Shown here in pieces: positions 14,484-23,612 of a stretch of DNA of 41,691 nt (positions are counted from its first letter, which is position 1; every line of letters starts with the position of its first letter). This DNA is from a virus. The notes beneath the pieces were generated by a model, which saw only the letters and a list, made by a program, of their open reading frames with translations, had not been told where the DNA came from and ran no database searches. The stretch lies in IMG/VR virus record IMGVR_UViG_3300025294_000002; one strand, written 5' to 3'. Both the position numbers and the translations under genes were made by a program.

Positions 14484-14708
14484 CTATAACCAGGTTTCGA
14501 CTATCTGCGGCTCGTCCAGCTCTGAACGACTAATACGCACCCTACCCGGACGCACGTGAGCGCGAACGGATTCCAGGGTCGGACCAAAGTACGCGTCGGC
14601 TGTGGGCAGAGCACCCCGAGCGTCTACCGTGAAGCGCCGCGCGACATACCCCTCGGGGTAGTCGAGCGGGCGCTCGTAGATCGCGTACGCGGACAATTCT
14701 CCACTCAT
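14484..14708 (-). CDS. Hypothetical protein (74 aa)
   Basis: ORF track entry: YAIYERPLDYPEGYVARRF...PQIVETWL. Confidence 0.7.
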   Translation of the reverse strand: MSGELSAYAIYERPLDYPEGYVARRFTVDARGALPTADAYFGPTLESVRAHVRPGRVRISRSELDEPQIVETWL

Positions 14709-14968
14709 TCGCCTGCCTCCGGCAATCCGGCGTTACCTGAAACGCCGTCGCGTTCGTCACACTCCTGCAGGTAGAGCGCGCCCAGCACCTGCAGCATCTG
14801 GGTCTCGTCGACGATCACGGGCTCGTCCTCGCCGTTCGGGGATTCGGCGATCTTCCGGTCGAGGTACTTCACCGGCCGCGACTCCGGGCCGAACGCGATG
14901 ACGGACAGCCGGCGGTACGCGCCGAGCGTCGACGGGTCACCGGTGGACAAGTAGCGCGTCGAGACCAT
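14705..14968 (-). CDS. Hypothetical protein (87 aa)
   Basis: ORF track entry. 4-nt overlap at 14705-14708. Confidence 0.65.
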   Translation of the reverse strand: MVSTRYLSTGDPSTLGAYRRLSVIAFGPESRPVKYLDRKIAESPNGEDEPVIVDETQMLQVLGALYLQECDERDGVSGNAGLPEAGE

Positions 14969-14969
14969 G

Positions 14970-15461
14970 TCAATGCTCCCGGAACTCGTGGGCGGGAACG
15001 TCGGCGTGATCCGCGCGCATCGCCGCGACCAGCTCCTCCATCGCCGGCACCAGCTCGCCGCGCGCGTGAGAGCCCATGTAGGTCGGGGGGTGCGGGGCCT
15101 GCAGCAGGAACAGCGCGAGCGGCACCGACACGCCGATCAGACGGTCGACCGCATCCTCCACGACCGCCGTCAGGTAGCGCGCGCCCAGCGCGATCCGCTG
15201 CGCGGCGGAGCTGGCCTCCTCGAACGCCACGCGCCCGTACGTCGGATCGTCCGGATGCGCGAACCGGTCGAGCGTCTGCTCAATGGCGTGGATCGCCTCC
15301 TCGCGCGTGGGGCAGGTGTAGATGTAGGACGCGCGCGGCTGGGTAAACAGCACCAGCACGATGGGCACATGCTCGCCGGCCACGGCGTCGACCGCCAGAG
15401 CGATCTCGCGCGCAAGCGTCGGCAGCGCGGTGGAGACCTTGTACATCAGTTCCGTTGACAT
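14970..15461 (-). CDS. Hypothetical protein (163 aa)
   Basis: ORF track entry. Confidence 0.7.
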   Translation of the reverse strand: MSTELMYKVSTALPTLAREIALAVDAVAGEHVPIVLVLFTQPRASYIYTCPTREEAIHAIEQTLDRFAHPDDPTYGRVAFEEASSAAQRIALGARYLTAVVEDAVDRLIGVSVPLALFLLQAPHPPTYMGSHARGELVPAMEELVAAMRADHADVPAHEFREH

Positions 15462-15469
15462 CAGCGTCC

Positions 15470-16048
15470 TCAGTGTTCGACCGGGTGGATGGGGTACTCG
15501 GCCACGCTCACGGCGCGACCCGCGATCAAGTCCGCCATGAGCTGCTCGGCGTCATCGGCATGGACCAGGTGCGGTACGACCTCGGGCAGCCCGAGACGTT
15601 CAAATGCGGAGGCGACCAGGCCGAGCGCCGACCCGCTCCAGTACGGCAGCGGCTCGGGGAACGCACGGGCCGCCAGCTCGATGTCGATTGAAACCTGCGC
15701 CATCGTGGTCGGCAGCGAGTCATCCGGCAGCGACAGCGCGAACAGCAGACGCTGCGCCGGGTTCATTCCGGAGACTTCCTTGGCTACGGCGTCGCGGATC
15801 ACCTGCCGCAGCGGCGACAGCACGGCGTACATCTGCAGCGGCGGCTCGCGGTCGACCGCCGTCGGCGGGTCCAGAGTCGCCAGCCGCTCGTACATGCGCG
15901 GCATGGCTTCGAGGATCACCAGCCACGCCATCAGCGCCGGGACGCGCTCGGCCGGCAGAACCTCATCGATACGGGAACGCAGCTTCGGCGCGGTCCGCAG
16001 ACCGAGCGCAAAGGCGTCGATGCGCCAGCTCCCATCAGGCCCTTCCAT
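15470..16048 (-). CDS. Hypothetical protein (192 aa); first gene of the leftward accessory operon
   Basis: ORF 15470-16342 trimmed to MEGPDGSWRIDAF (GGGGGTGGG SD). A longer start would run into the divergent gene. Confidence 0.65.
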   Translation of the reverse strand: MEGPDGSWRIDAFALGLRTAPKLRSRIDEVLPAERVPALMAWLVILEAMPRMYERLATLDPPTAVDREPPLQMYAVLSPLRQVIRDAVAKEVSGMNPAQRLLFALSLPDDSLPTTMAQVSIDIELAARAFPEPLPYWSGSALGLVASAFERLGLPEVVPHLVHADDAEQLMADLIAGRAVSVAEYPIHPVEH

Positions 16049-16168
16049 GCCCACCCCCGAAAAAGTCGCCGACGATCCGACGAACGGTTTGCCTTCACCC
16101 CCAGCATACGCAAAACTCGGACCCCGGCGGGCCAATGGGGGCCGCCTCCCTGACGAACGGAGCAGACC

Positions 16169-17257
16169 ATGCAGATCGAAGCGCTGCTCGACCGTACAGA
16201 TTTCGCACAGACGGCCGGGCTGAAAGATATGGAATTTCAAGGGTATGCGAACGCGGGACTGATCCCGGCATGCCTCGGTTTCTACAACGGACAGCCGCTC
16301 TGGAAGCGAGCGGACATCGCAGAATTTTGTGCGAGGCACCAATTACCGCTCGCGGGGGAGCCGTCATCGGTTCCTCACATGGCGATAACAAACGAACCGC
16401 CCGCGTCACAAGTGACTACCAGCGACACCCCCGCCCCGCTTGACACTCCCACGGTGGGATGGGTCGACCCAACCCCAGCCCCAGCGGTCCCAGAGCGGGT
16501 GGCGACCATGACGATCCAGCAGGTATGCCAGCGACTCGGATGCTCGCCGGCCACGCTCGCAAAGCGACGCGAACTGGATCTCGCACCGGGCTTCGTAAAA
16601 CACAGCACGCGCGACATCCGCTACTACGCAGACGACGTCGAGGCGATCTACGCCGAACACGGCAAGCTCCCGCGTCACTACTCCGCCGACGGACTCGCGG
16701 CGATCAAGGCGAACACTGCGAAAGCGCGTGCGGCCATCGGAACGAAAGGCAAGGCACCGAAGCCGTTCCAGTATCAGAAGCCGCCTGCAACGCCGCTGCT
16801 CGAACCGGGCAACAGCGGCACCGTCGGGCAAAAGACGGTCATCTCGAACGCGGCCGTCCCCCTCGATGACGCCGCCGCACACCTCGGCATCGACCCGCTC
16901 ATGCTGCGTATCCTGCACAAGGCAGGCGTCGGCCCGAAGGCAGCGAGCGAACAGCCGCTCGCGTACAAGATGTGCGACCTCAACGCGTACAGCACCGAGA
17001 ACGGCCTGCAGCCCGGCCAGATCGCGCGACCGGACAAGGTCTACCTCGATCAGCGCGTCCGCATCCCCGAGGCGTCGACCATCACGCACCTGACGCAGAA
17101 GGCGCTCGAACACCACCGCGCGAAAGGCACCGGTCCCGATTGGGAGCGGCAGGGGATCTTCTCCGTCTACAAGCGAGGCGACCTCTACGCGTGGCTGGTC
17201 GGCAAAGACATGCTCGCCGAACGTGCATACGACGAGCAGCACCGCCGCGCGCACTGA
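16169..17257 (+). CDS. Four-fold tandem excisionase/MerR-type HTH protein (362 aa); only plus-strand gene
   Basis: Four HTH_17-like modules at about aa 5-55, 112-161, 229-274 and 297-343. GGAG SD. Own terminator. Confidence 0.85.
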   Translation: MQIEALLDRTDFAQTAGLKDMEFQGYANAGLIPACLGFYNGQPLWKRADIAEFCARHQLPLAGEPSSVPHMAITNEPPASQVTTSDTPAPLDTPTVGWVDPTPAPAVPERVATMTIQQVCQRLGCSPATLAKRRELDLAPGFVKHSTRDIRYYADDVEAIYAEHGKLPRHYSADGLAAIKANTAKARAAIGTKGKAPKPFQYQKPPATPLLEPGNSGTVGQKTVISNAAVPLDDAAAHLGIDPLMLRILHKAGVGPKAASEQPLAYKMCDLNAYSTENGLQPGQIARPDKVYLDQRVRIPEASTITHLTQKALEHHRAKGTGPDWERQGIFSVYKRGDLYAWLVGKDMLAERAYDEQHRRAH

Positions 17258-17284
17258 ACTCTCCAGCAGCGCGCGCCCTTCACA

Positions 17285-17312
17285 CCCGCCCCTTACCGGG
17301 GCGGGTTCTTTT
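17285..17312 (+). terminator. Rho-independent terminator of the plus-strand gene
   Basis: CCCGCCCC-ttacc-GGGGCGGG then TTCTTTT. The hairpin loop contains the TAA stop of the convergent minus-strand gene. Confidence 0.7.
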
Positions 17313-17529
17313 CGACCGGTGGCACCGCGCGCAGCGGCGGCGTGCCAGCTCCCTCATCGACCCCGACCGAAAACGGACGCGGCTGCATCGCCTCCTCGAC
17401 CAGCGGCTGCAACGTCGACAGCGCCTGATTGATGGCGACGACGGTCGGCCCCTGCGATGACGGTGGCAGCGAGCGCGCGAGATCGGAGCCGACCTGCGAC
17501 AGGTACTGCAGAGCTTCTTGCGGGTTCAT
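17293..17529 (-). CDS. Hypothetical protein downstream of the tail fiber (78 aa)
   Basis: ORF track entry. Its start shares 1 nt with the fiber stop. Confidence 0.6.
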   Translation of the reverse strand: MNPQEALQYLSQVGSDLARSLPPSSQGPTVVAINQALSTLQPLVEEAMQPRPFSVGVDEGAGTPPLRAVPPVEKNPPR

Positions 17530-19997
17530 CAGTGGATCTCCTCAGTGGGGGGAACGGACTGCGCTGCCTCCAGCGCCTTGAGACGGCGATGCAGGGTCGC
17601 GCACAACAACACCGCGAGCTGGTCGTACCGCATTCCGTAGCGGTCGCCGCCAGGGCGACCGGGGAACATCACCTCACCGTCCGGACCGATCTCCGGCGGG
17701 ATTTCTTCCCACACGTCGTGCTGCACCAGCGCGTAGATTTCCGGGTTCAGACCGTGCTGCGTGAAAATGCCATTGACCGTCTGCGCGCCAACACCGAAGT
17801 TCTCGCGACCACCGTCGATCGAGTCGTCGAGGAACTGGAACATCCCCAGCGCGTCCAGGATGTCGTCCGCTGCCGCGAGCTGCTCCGGCGTGAAGGACGC
17901 GAACGGCGTCTTCTCTCGTTCGTCCGACGTGTTGATCGTGCCGCTGACCGCGTACAGGGCCGTCCATCGGTTGCCCGCACCGCCGCACTGGTACTGGTTG
18001 TCGAACATGGGATAGAGCGTGCGCGTGAGCGCGTTGAGGTTACGCACGAGGATTTGGTCTTGGAACGCAGATCCGTCCCAGCGCTGGATGCCGTAGCCAC
18101 CGTCCACCGAATCAGAAATGTTCACCAGCACGCGGTAGCGATTACCGAGCGCATCGGAGCTGTGCACGATCGCGTTGACGTTGCCCTTGATCTCCACGCC
18201 CGACTTGCAATACAGGAAGTTCCAGCGCGCGGCGTCCGACCCGACGTTCGATCCGGCAACCAGCGGCAAGGCATGGACGAGATAGATGCCTTCGCTTTTC
18301 GCGATCAACTTGTCCTCGTAGGCCGACCCGTTCCAACGCGACATCACAAAACCACCATCGACCGAGTCGGTGATGTTCGCCATCAACGTGTAGCGGATGG
18401 TGTTGTTCGGCGAGCCCATCTGCACCTGCAGGACATTCCCGCGCATGTCGATGTTGTTGGCGAGGTAGAGCCCGTTCCACCGATTCGCCGAATACCCCAG
18501 CGGCTGGACGGCATTGCTCGTCCCGCATACCGCACCGTTCGCGCGCACGATCCGGATACCGCCATGACCGAGAGTGTTCGCATCGTTGGACATGCCCCAC
18601 ATGGCGTCGCCGGTCGTGTTCTCGACCGAGATCGATGCGCGGGTCTTGTCCGCCGCGTTACCCGTATTGGAGAAGATCACCGCAGGGAAAGACCCGACCT
18701 GAACCGTCACGCTCGCGATGAAGTAGCCGTTCCCTTCGTCGATCATTCGGAGCCATTGCGACGCGGTGAATGCGCCGGCCGAGATCGCAGCGCGAGACTT
18801 CCAAAGCTGCCCGGCTTCGTAGACGTGTTCACCGGCCGCGTAGGCACTGGTCGAGGAGAAGTAGCGCACCGGGATCAACCCCGTATTCGAAGCCGCCGCA
18901 CCGACGAATAGCTGCATGCGACCAAGATCGGTGCCGATCTGCCCCGTCTGCATCGCGGCGAGATCCGCGCCGGTCGTGCCACGCTGCGGCGAGATCAGGA
19001 TCGATGTCTGGTCGATGCGGAAGTTCGTGAGGGGCACTTGCGGGCCGGCACGCCCGACCAGGCCACCGAGGTTGATGATCTGGTGACTCGCCGCATTCTG
19101 GTCCCCGGTGAAGGAGACGGTGCCATCCGCGCGCAGATACCCCTGCAGGTTGATCGTGCTTCCCATGCGGAACCAGACCGCTCCGTCAAACGCAATCGAG
19201 TCGCCGTTGAACACAGTGACGCCCGCGAGCGAGCCGGTCAGGAACGTATAGCCGCCCGTGGTGAGCCCGTCGATAACCCAGAAGTCGCCAATAGCGGGAG
19301 CGCCGCCCGGGCCGCTGCCGTTGTCGCCCGCCGCCGGGTACTCGTCATTGACGACCGGCTTGAACGTGCCGCGATAGCGCAGGCCGGACGCGACTGCCGG
19401 AATGAAGCTCGGATCGATGGTCCCGTCGGCCAGTGTGCGAACGATTGAGTTCGGTGCCGCTGCCGTGGCCGGGTTTTGCCACACGGGGACACCACCGGAT
19501 TGCACGATGAGACCACCGTCGGAGGCCGGCGGCAGAACGCCTGTCCAGCCGCTGGCTGCGCCGACCAGGAGCGCTCCGGCCACGGTCGTTGGCAGACGAA
19601 CCTGATAGAGCAGATCGCCCTGCGTGCGGCTCACGGCCTCGTGGTTGGCCGGGACGGTGTTCGGAAGGATGAGCGGCAGCACCATCGTCCGCTCGGCTAC
19701 CGTCGCGGTGTTGTCGCGCAGGATCGCGCGGTCGGCCTTCGCCTGCGCCGTCGCCGCCGCGTTGCGCGCGGTCTGGTCGACGCCGATGTCCGTGAGCCAC
19801 GCGGAGTTCGCCTGATTGCGGCGACGCATGATGCCATCGCCACCACCGCTCAGGTCGAGCCAAAGCTGGCCGGGAAACGACGGAGACGGCGCGGTGCTTC
19901 CGCTATTCTGGGTCACCACCGCCGCCAGTGCGTTGTTCAGGTCGGTGCGAAAATTGAAACCGGTCGCGTTCGCGATCGAGTAATCGTGCTGTGCCAT
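17529..19997 (-). CDS. Tail fiber with C-terminal S74 intramolecular chaperone domain (822 aa)
   Basis: C-terminus TINTSDEREKTPF...FGVGAQTV...RYGMRYDQLAVLL. Internal duplicated module (ANITDSVDGGFVMSRWNGSAYEDK and VNISDSVDGGYGIQRWDGSAFQDQ). Confidence 0.9.
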   Translation of the reverse strand: MAQHDYSIANATGFNFRTDLNNALAAVVTQNSGSTAPSPSFPGQLWLDLSGGGDGIMRRRNQANSAWLTDIGVDQTARNAAATAQAKADRAILRDNTATVAERTMVLPLILPNTVPANHEAVSRTQGDLLYQVRLPTTVAGALLVGAASGWTGVLPPASDGGLIVQSGGVPVWQNPATAAAPNSIVRTLADGTIDPSFIPAVASGLRYRGTFKPVVNDEYPAAGDNGSGPGGAPAIGDFWVIDGLTTGGYTFLTGSLAGVTVFNGDSIAFDGAVWFRMGSTINLQGYLRADGTVSFTGDQNAASHQIINLGGLVGRAGPQVPLTNFRIDQTSILISPQRGTTGADLAAMQTGQIGTDLGRMQLFVGAAASNTGLIPVRYFSSTSAYAAGEHVYEAGQLWKSRAAISAGAFTASQWLRMIDEGNGYFIASVTVQVGSFPAVIFSNTGNAADKTRASISVENTTGDAMWGMSNDANTLGHGGIRIVRANGAVCGTSNAVQPLGYSANRWNGLYLANNIDMRGNVLQVQMGSPNNTIRYTLMANITDSVDGGFVMSRWNGSAYEDKLIAKSEGIYLVHALPLVAGSNVGSDAARWNFLYCKSGVEIKGNVNAIVHSSDALGNRYRVLVNISDSVDGGYGIQRWDGSAFQDQILVRNLNALTRTLYPMFDNQYQCGGAGNRWTALYAVSGTINTSDEREKTPFASFTPEQLAAADDILDALGMFQFLDDSIDGGRENFGVGAQTVNGIFTQHGLNPEIYALVQHDVWEEIPPEIGPDGEVMFPGRPGGDRYGMRYDQLAVLLCATLHRRLKALEAAQSVPPTEEIH

Positions 19998-20009
19998 GAC
20001 AGCTCCTCC

Positions 20010-20495
20010 TCAGAGTTTCAAAGTGTCCCAATCGCTCAGGTCGTCGACCAGCTCCGGCGTGACGTCATCGACCAGGTCGAAGTCGCCAGCCGCCGTGTCG
20101 GCACGCGGATCGGCCATCGCCTCCACCTCGGCTGCCAGCGTGACGCGCCACAGGTTCGGACCGATCATCGCGTGCTGCGGATCGGAGATGAAGCGCACGC
20201 GGTGCAGCAGGCAGTCCGAACGCGGACGCCAAACGCGCGCCGCGCCGCTGACCAGATCCATCGCGAACCAGCCGTATCCGTACTTATCGAGGAACACCTG
20301 CAGGATGCCAAGCTGCGCGGTGTTCATCCGGAACGACATGCCAAAGGTGCCGCGCATGCCGAACACGGTGCGGCGCTGGCGCACGATGCCGCCCTGCATC
20401 TGCGTGCGCAGCAGACCGAAAGCCAGCTCGTACTGATAACTGTCCCGGTCGGGCTCGGGCAGATTCTTCGGCCATGTGGGGAGCGTGGTCGCCAT
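20010..20495 (-). CDS. Tail-associated hypothetical protein (161 aa)
   Basis: ORF track entry, located between the tip protein and the fiber. Confidence 0.7.
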   Translation of the reverse strand: MATTLPTWPKNLPEPDRDSYQYELAFGLLRTQMQGGIVRQRRTVFGMRGTFGMSFRMNTAQLGILQVFLDKYGYGWFAMDLVSGAARVWRPRSDCLLHRVRFISDPQHAMIGPNLWRVTLAAEVEAMADPRADTAAGDFDLVDDVTPELVDDLSDWDTLKL

Positions 20496-20496
20496 G

Positions 20497-23226
20497 CTAG
20501 GTCACCCAATTTTCGAGGAACGTGCCGACGTACTTCGCCGCCGTGTACTGCTGCCCGGTGACACGCACGCGCATCGGGCCCGACGCCTCCAGATTCGCAA
20601 CGGTGAACTCGAAGAACCGGTCCGCAGCGCGCGTCGCGACCCAGCGCGTGCCATCGCCACTCTGGTCGCCGACCTTGATCGTCACGCCAGGCGAGGCGAG
20701 CAGCTTCACCACGCGGTCCGAGATGCGCTGGAACGGAGTCGCGCTGCCGATGCGACCGGTCCAATCCTTGAAATACAGGACCGAGCCGGCCTCCGTCGGC
20801 ACGGGCGTGTCCAGCGTCAACGTCACGCCGTCGGTCTCGATGCCGACCACGATGCCGCCGGTGCCCCAATCCAGCGCCGGCACCGCGAGCGCGAATCGGG
20901 TCATCGGCTGCAGCAGGTAACCCTCGCCCTCCAGCTCGAACTGGCAGGTCTTGCGGTTGTAGAACTTCTCCTGCCAGCGCAGCTTCGCCCACGCGAGCGC
21001 GTGCGCCTGCGAGGTGACGCCGAACAGCTCCACCGTCTCGGGATCGACGCCCTGCGACGGATAGAACACGCGCGCGTCGTTGAACGTGGACGGGTCGGTG
21101 TAGATCACCTCCAGACAGTCTGGGTTGTCGACGCCGTCAAAGTTGTAGCCGACCGACAGGGTGCCCCCGACCAGCGTCTCCGGCCCAAACACGTACGAGC
21201 GCGAGCGCGGCGCGTCCTGCGAGACCGACAGCAGCGAGCCAATCGGCAGCGGGATCGCGCGCACCGGAACCAGAATCGCCTGCAGCGCCTCCAGCAGTGT
21301 CGTCGGCTGGTCGAACACGCCGTTGAACCCGACCGTCGCCCACTGCGGTGCGAGCTGCCAGAACTTGGTGACATCGAACTCCGATGCCGGACGGCCTGAG
21401 CCGTACTCCGCGTTCGTGTAGGCGTCGTAGCAGATCGCCGCCGGGTTGCTCGTCGCCGTCGTCGTGCCAGTGGTCGGGTCGTAAAGCCGCCGGGTGCAAT
21501 CGACCTTGATGCGCCGGTTGCTCGCCGCGTTGAGACCCGCGCTCGCGGTGAACTGCATGGCCAGCAGGGTGCAGTTCTCATACGCGGGCGTGCCGGCGGC
21601 ATGCCAGATTCGCGCCCGGATCGCCGACAGCTCGGCCTTGCTGATCTCCTTCGAGGCACGCTGGTCGCGTGAGTTGGTGCGCGCGATGCGAACGCGGTAG
21701 CGACCAGGCGAAACGGTGAAGGGAAACGTCACGCGGCGCGGGTTCGAGGTAGCACCAGAAATGGCAAACGACTGGATGCTCACTCCGCCGATGGGAGCCG
21801 AGTTGTCGTCGACCTGCTGAATCTGGAACTCGAACATCGTGCTGATCGAGTTGTAGTCGCCCTTGTCCGTGACCCAAGCGATGCCGCTCGGCATGACGAC
21901 GTCGACAAAGAACTTGTCCACGCGCTGCCCTGCCCGGCACGAGACGTACCAGCCGCGCCACCGGTATGCATCGCCAGACGTGTTGGGGTTGTACTCGGCG
22001 ATGTAGTAGACGTCGTAGAAGTTGCGCAGCACGCGCATCGCCTGCTGCGGGCGGATCGGCGTGTTGTTCCCAGACACAAACCCGGGGCCGGAAATGCGCA
22101 GCGGCGGACGCGCCATGTTGAGCTGCGTGGGTCCGAGGTTGATCGGTCGATAGACCTGATACGGACCGCGTCGAATGCCGTCGTTCGCCTCCACGAAAAT
22201 GACGTCGCCGATGGCAAGGTTCGGAACCACCGCTGTCGCCTGGATCTGCATCACCTGCCCTTCCGTCGAGTCGGTGATCTCGACGAGCTGGCCGGTGATC
22301 GGGATGGTCTGCTGCGCACCCGCGCTCGGCAGCGGGCCGTCGAACACGGCGGAGTTGTTCGCGCCGATGCCAACAAACGTGAGAATCCCGGACGCACCCG
22401 AGGACGTCGTGATGAAGTACCGCTGTCCCGGGCGCAGCGAGACCCAAAGGTTGCCGGCGACGGTGCCGTCCGGTGTCAGCACGCCACCGTTCGCGGAGCC
22501 CGACACCGTCACCTCGGGCGGATCGTTCGGCGCGGCCAAGTCGATGCCGGCGGTCTCCGGGATCGTGAACATATCCTCGCAGACGCCCGTCGCCGCCTCG
22601 ATGACACCGAGCGTCTGCCGGTGCGCCGACGGCGGAAAGACGAACGTCGTCACGTTGCCCGAGGGGAAGTCGGAGACGCGCGTCTCGCCGATGTAGATGT
22701 CGTGGATGGTGAACTCGCCCATCCCCAGACACAGCAGCATCGAGACGCGCTCATTGTGCGAGGCGAACTCCGCGTACGCCTGCGCGGCGATGTCCGGCAT
22801 CGCCATCACGCGGCCGTAGATGATCGGGATGGTGCCGCCCAGCCGCGCCGCGTTCTGCTCGATGTTGACCGAGTAGGCCGGGCTGGCGTTCTTGTTCCGC
22901 TGCTTCGGGCGCGTGAGGTACGCGACCAGATACGAGATCGCCGCCGACACCAGCGCCGTGACTACGATCTTCCAGAACGCGGCATAGGTGAAACCGGTGG
23001 GGTCGAGCGGCCGGAACGCGACCGCGAGCGTCTCGCCAGGCGAGACCAGCGCGTCGGGATCGATCGCGTGGACGCCGCGCACGATGACCAGATCGGCGGA
23101 CAGATCCAGATCCGGGAAAGCGCGACGCACGCAATCGATGGCGGTGCCCACGCACTCGACCACCTCGGTTCGCACGCCCGCCATGCGCAGCGGGTCGGCG
23201 ATGTAGCGGACGGTTACGGTGCCCAC
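20497..23226 (-). CDS. Tail tip / host-specificity protein: gpI-like N-terminus fused to a gpJ-like body (909 aa)
   Basis: N-terminal beta-grasp-like segment plus TM (FWKIVVTALVSAAISYLVAYL) plus NAARLGGTIPIIYGRVMAMP (lambda I-like), then a J-like central region. Confidence 0.9.
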   Translation of the reverse strand: MGTVTVRYIADPLRMAGVRTEVVECVGTAIDCVRRAFPDLDLSADLVIVRGVHAIDPDALVSPGETLAVAFRPLDPTGFTYAAFWKIVVTALVSAAISYLVAYLTRPKQRNKNASPAYSVNIEQNAARLGGTIPIIYGRVMAMPDIAAQAYAEFASHNERVSMLLCLGMGEFTIHDIYIGETRVSDFPSGNVTTFVFPPSAHRQTLGVIEAATGVCEDMFTIPETAGIDLAAPNDPPEVTVSGSANGGVLTPDGTVAGNLWVSLRPGQRYFITTSSGASGILTFVGIGANNSAVFDGPLPSAGAQQTIPITGQLVEITDSTEGQVMQIQATAVVPNLAIGDVIFVEANDGIRRGPYQVYRPINLGPTQLNMARPPLRISGPGFVSGNNTPIRPQQAMRVLRNFYDVYYIAEYNPNTSGDAYRWRGWYVSCRAGQRVDKFFVDVVMPSGIAWVTDKGDYNSISTMFEFQIQQVDDNSAPIGGVSIQSFAISGATSNPRRVTFPFTVSPGRYRVRIARTNSRDQRASKEISKAELSAIRARIWHAAGTPAYENCTLLAMQFTASAGLNAASNRRIKVDCTRRLYDPTTGTTTATSNPAAICYDAYTNAEYGSGRPASEFDVTKFWQLAPQWATVGFNGVFDQPTTLLEALQAILVPVRAIPLPIGSLLSVSQDAPRSRSYVFGPETLVGGTLSVGYNFDGVDNPDCLEVIYTDPSTFNDARVFYPSQGVDPETVELFGVTSQAHALAWAKLRWQEKFYNRKTCQFELEGEGYLLQPMTRFALAVPALDWGTGGIVVGIETDGVTLTLDTPVPTEAGSVLYFKDWTGRIGSATPFQRISDRVVKLLASPGVTIKVGDQSGDGTRWVATRAADRFFEFTVANLEASGPMRVRVTGQQYTAAKYVGTFLENWVT

Positions 23227-23612
23227 GCGAAGTACCTCCCCGCCTCCCAGCCTGCCGCGATCAGCCGCAGCGGCTCCAGACGCGCGCCTGCGCCGCGCCG
23301 GGTGTGCAGCACGGTGTCACCCCACAGGCAGAGACCAACGTGGCGCACAGCGCCCTGTACGTCGTAGAACGCGACCACCGCCCCAGCCGCCGGACCCGGC
23401 AGCTCCTGCCAGTGACCGGTGCGCAATTCGATCTCGGCGATGCCGGGAGTCTCCGCCACCGACAGGATCGCGATGTGCGCCGGCAGCTCCGGCACCTTGA
23501 TGCCGTACAGGTCGCGCAATCCGGCCAGCACCAGGCCCCAGCAGTCGTACGCATGCGGCCCGACGGCACCGAGCTGCCACGGCTTGCCGACGTAGGCGTC
23601 CGCGCCCCTCAT
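23214..23612 (-). CDS. NlpC/P60 (C40) tail-tip peptidase, gpK-like (132 aa)
   Basis: Catalytic Cys context HAYDCWGLV and His context VRHVGLCL. Confidence 0.85.
   Translation of the reverse strand: MRGADAYVGKPWQLGAVGPHAYDCWGLVLAGLRDLYGIKVPELPAHIAILSVAETPGIAEIELRTGHWQELPGPAAGAVVAFYDVQGAVRHVGLCLWGDTVLHTRRGAGARLEPLRLIAAGWEAGRYFAWAP

Noticed and set aside
15470-16342. N-terminal extensions given by the ORF track for many genes (e.g. 15470-16342, 36438-37421, 6241-6990, 2204-2902, 12045-12611, 1172-1699)
   Set aside because: The extensions overlap upstream genes or the divergent gene and are R/P/G-rich. They bypass internal ATG/GTG codons that sit in ATGA/GTGA overlaps or behind good SD sequences, so shorter starts were chosen.
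16610-16650. YADD string (RYYADDVEAIY) as a reverse-transcriptase active site, or a retron or DGR
   Set aside because: The surrounding sequence is an HTH module, not RT motifs 1-7. No RT-sized ORF, template/variable repeat pair or msr/msd-like structure was seen.
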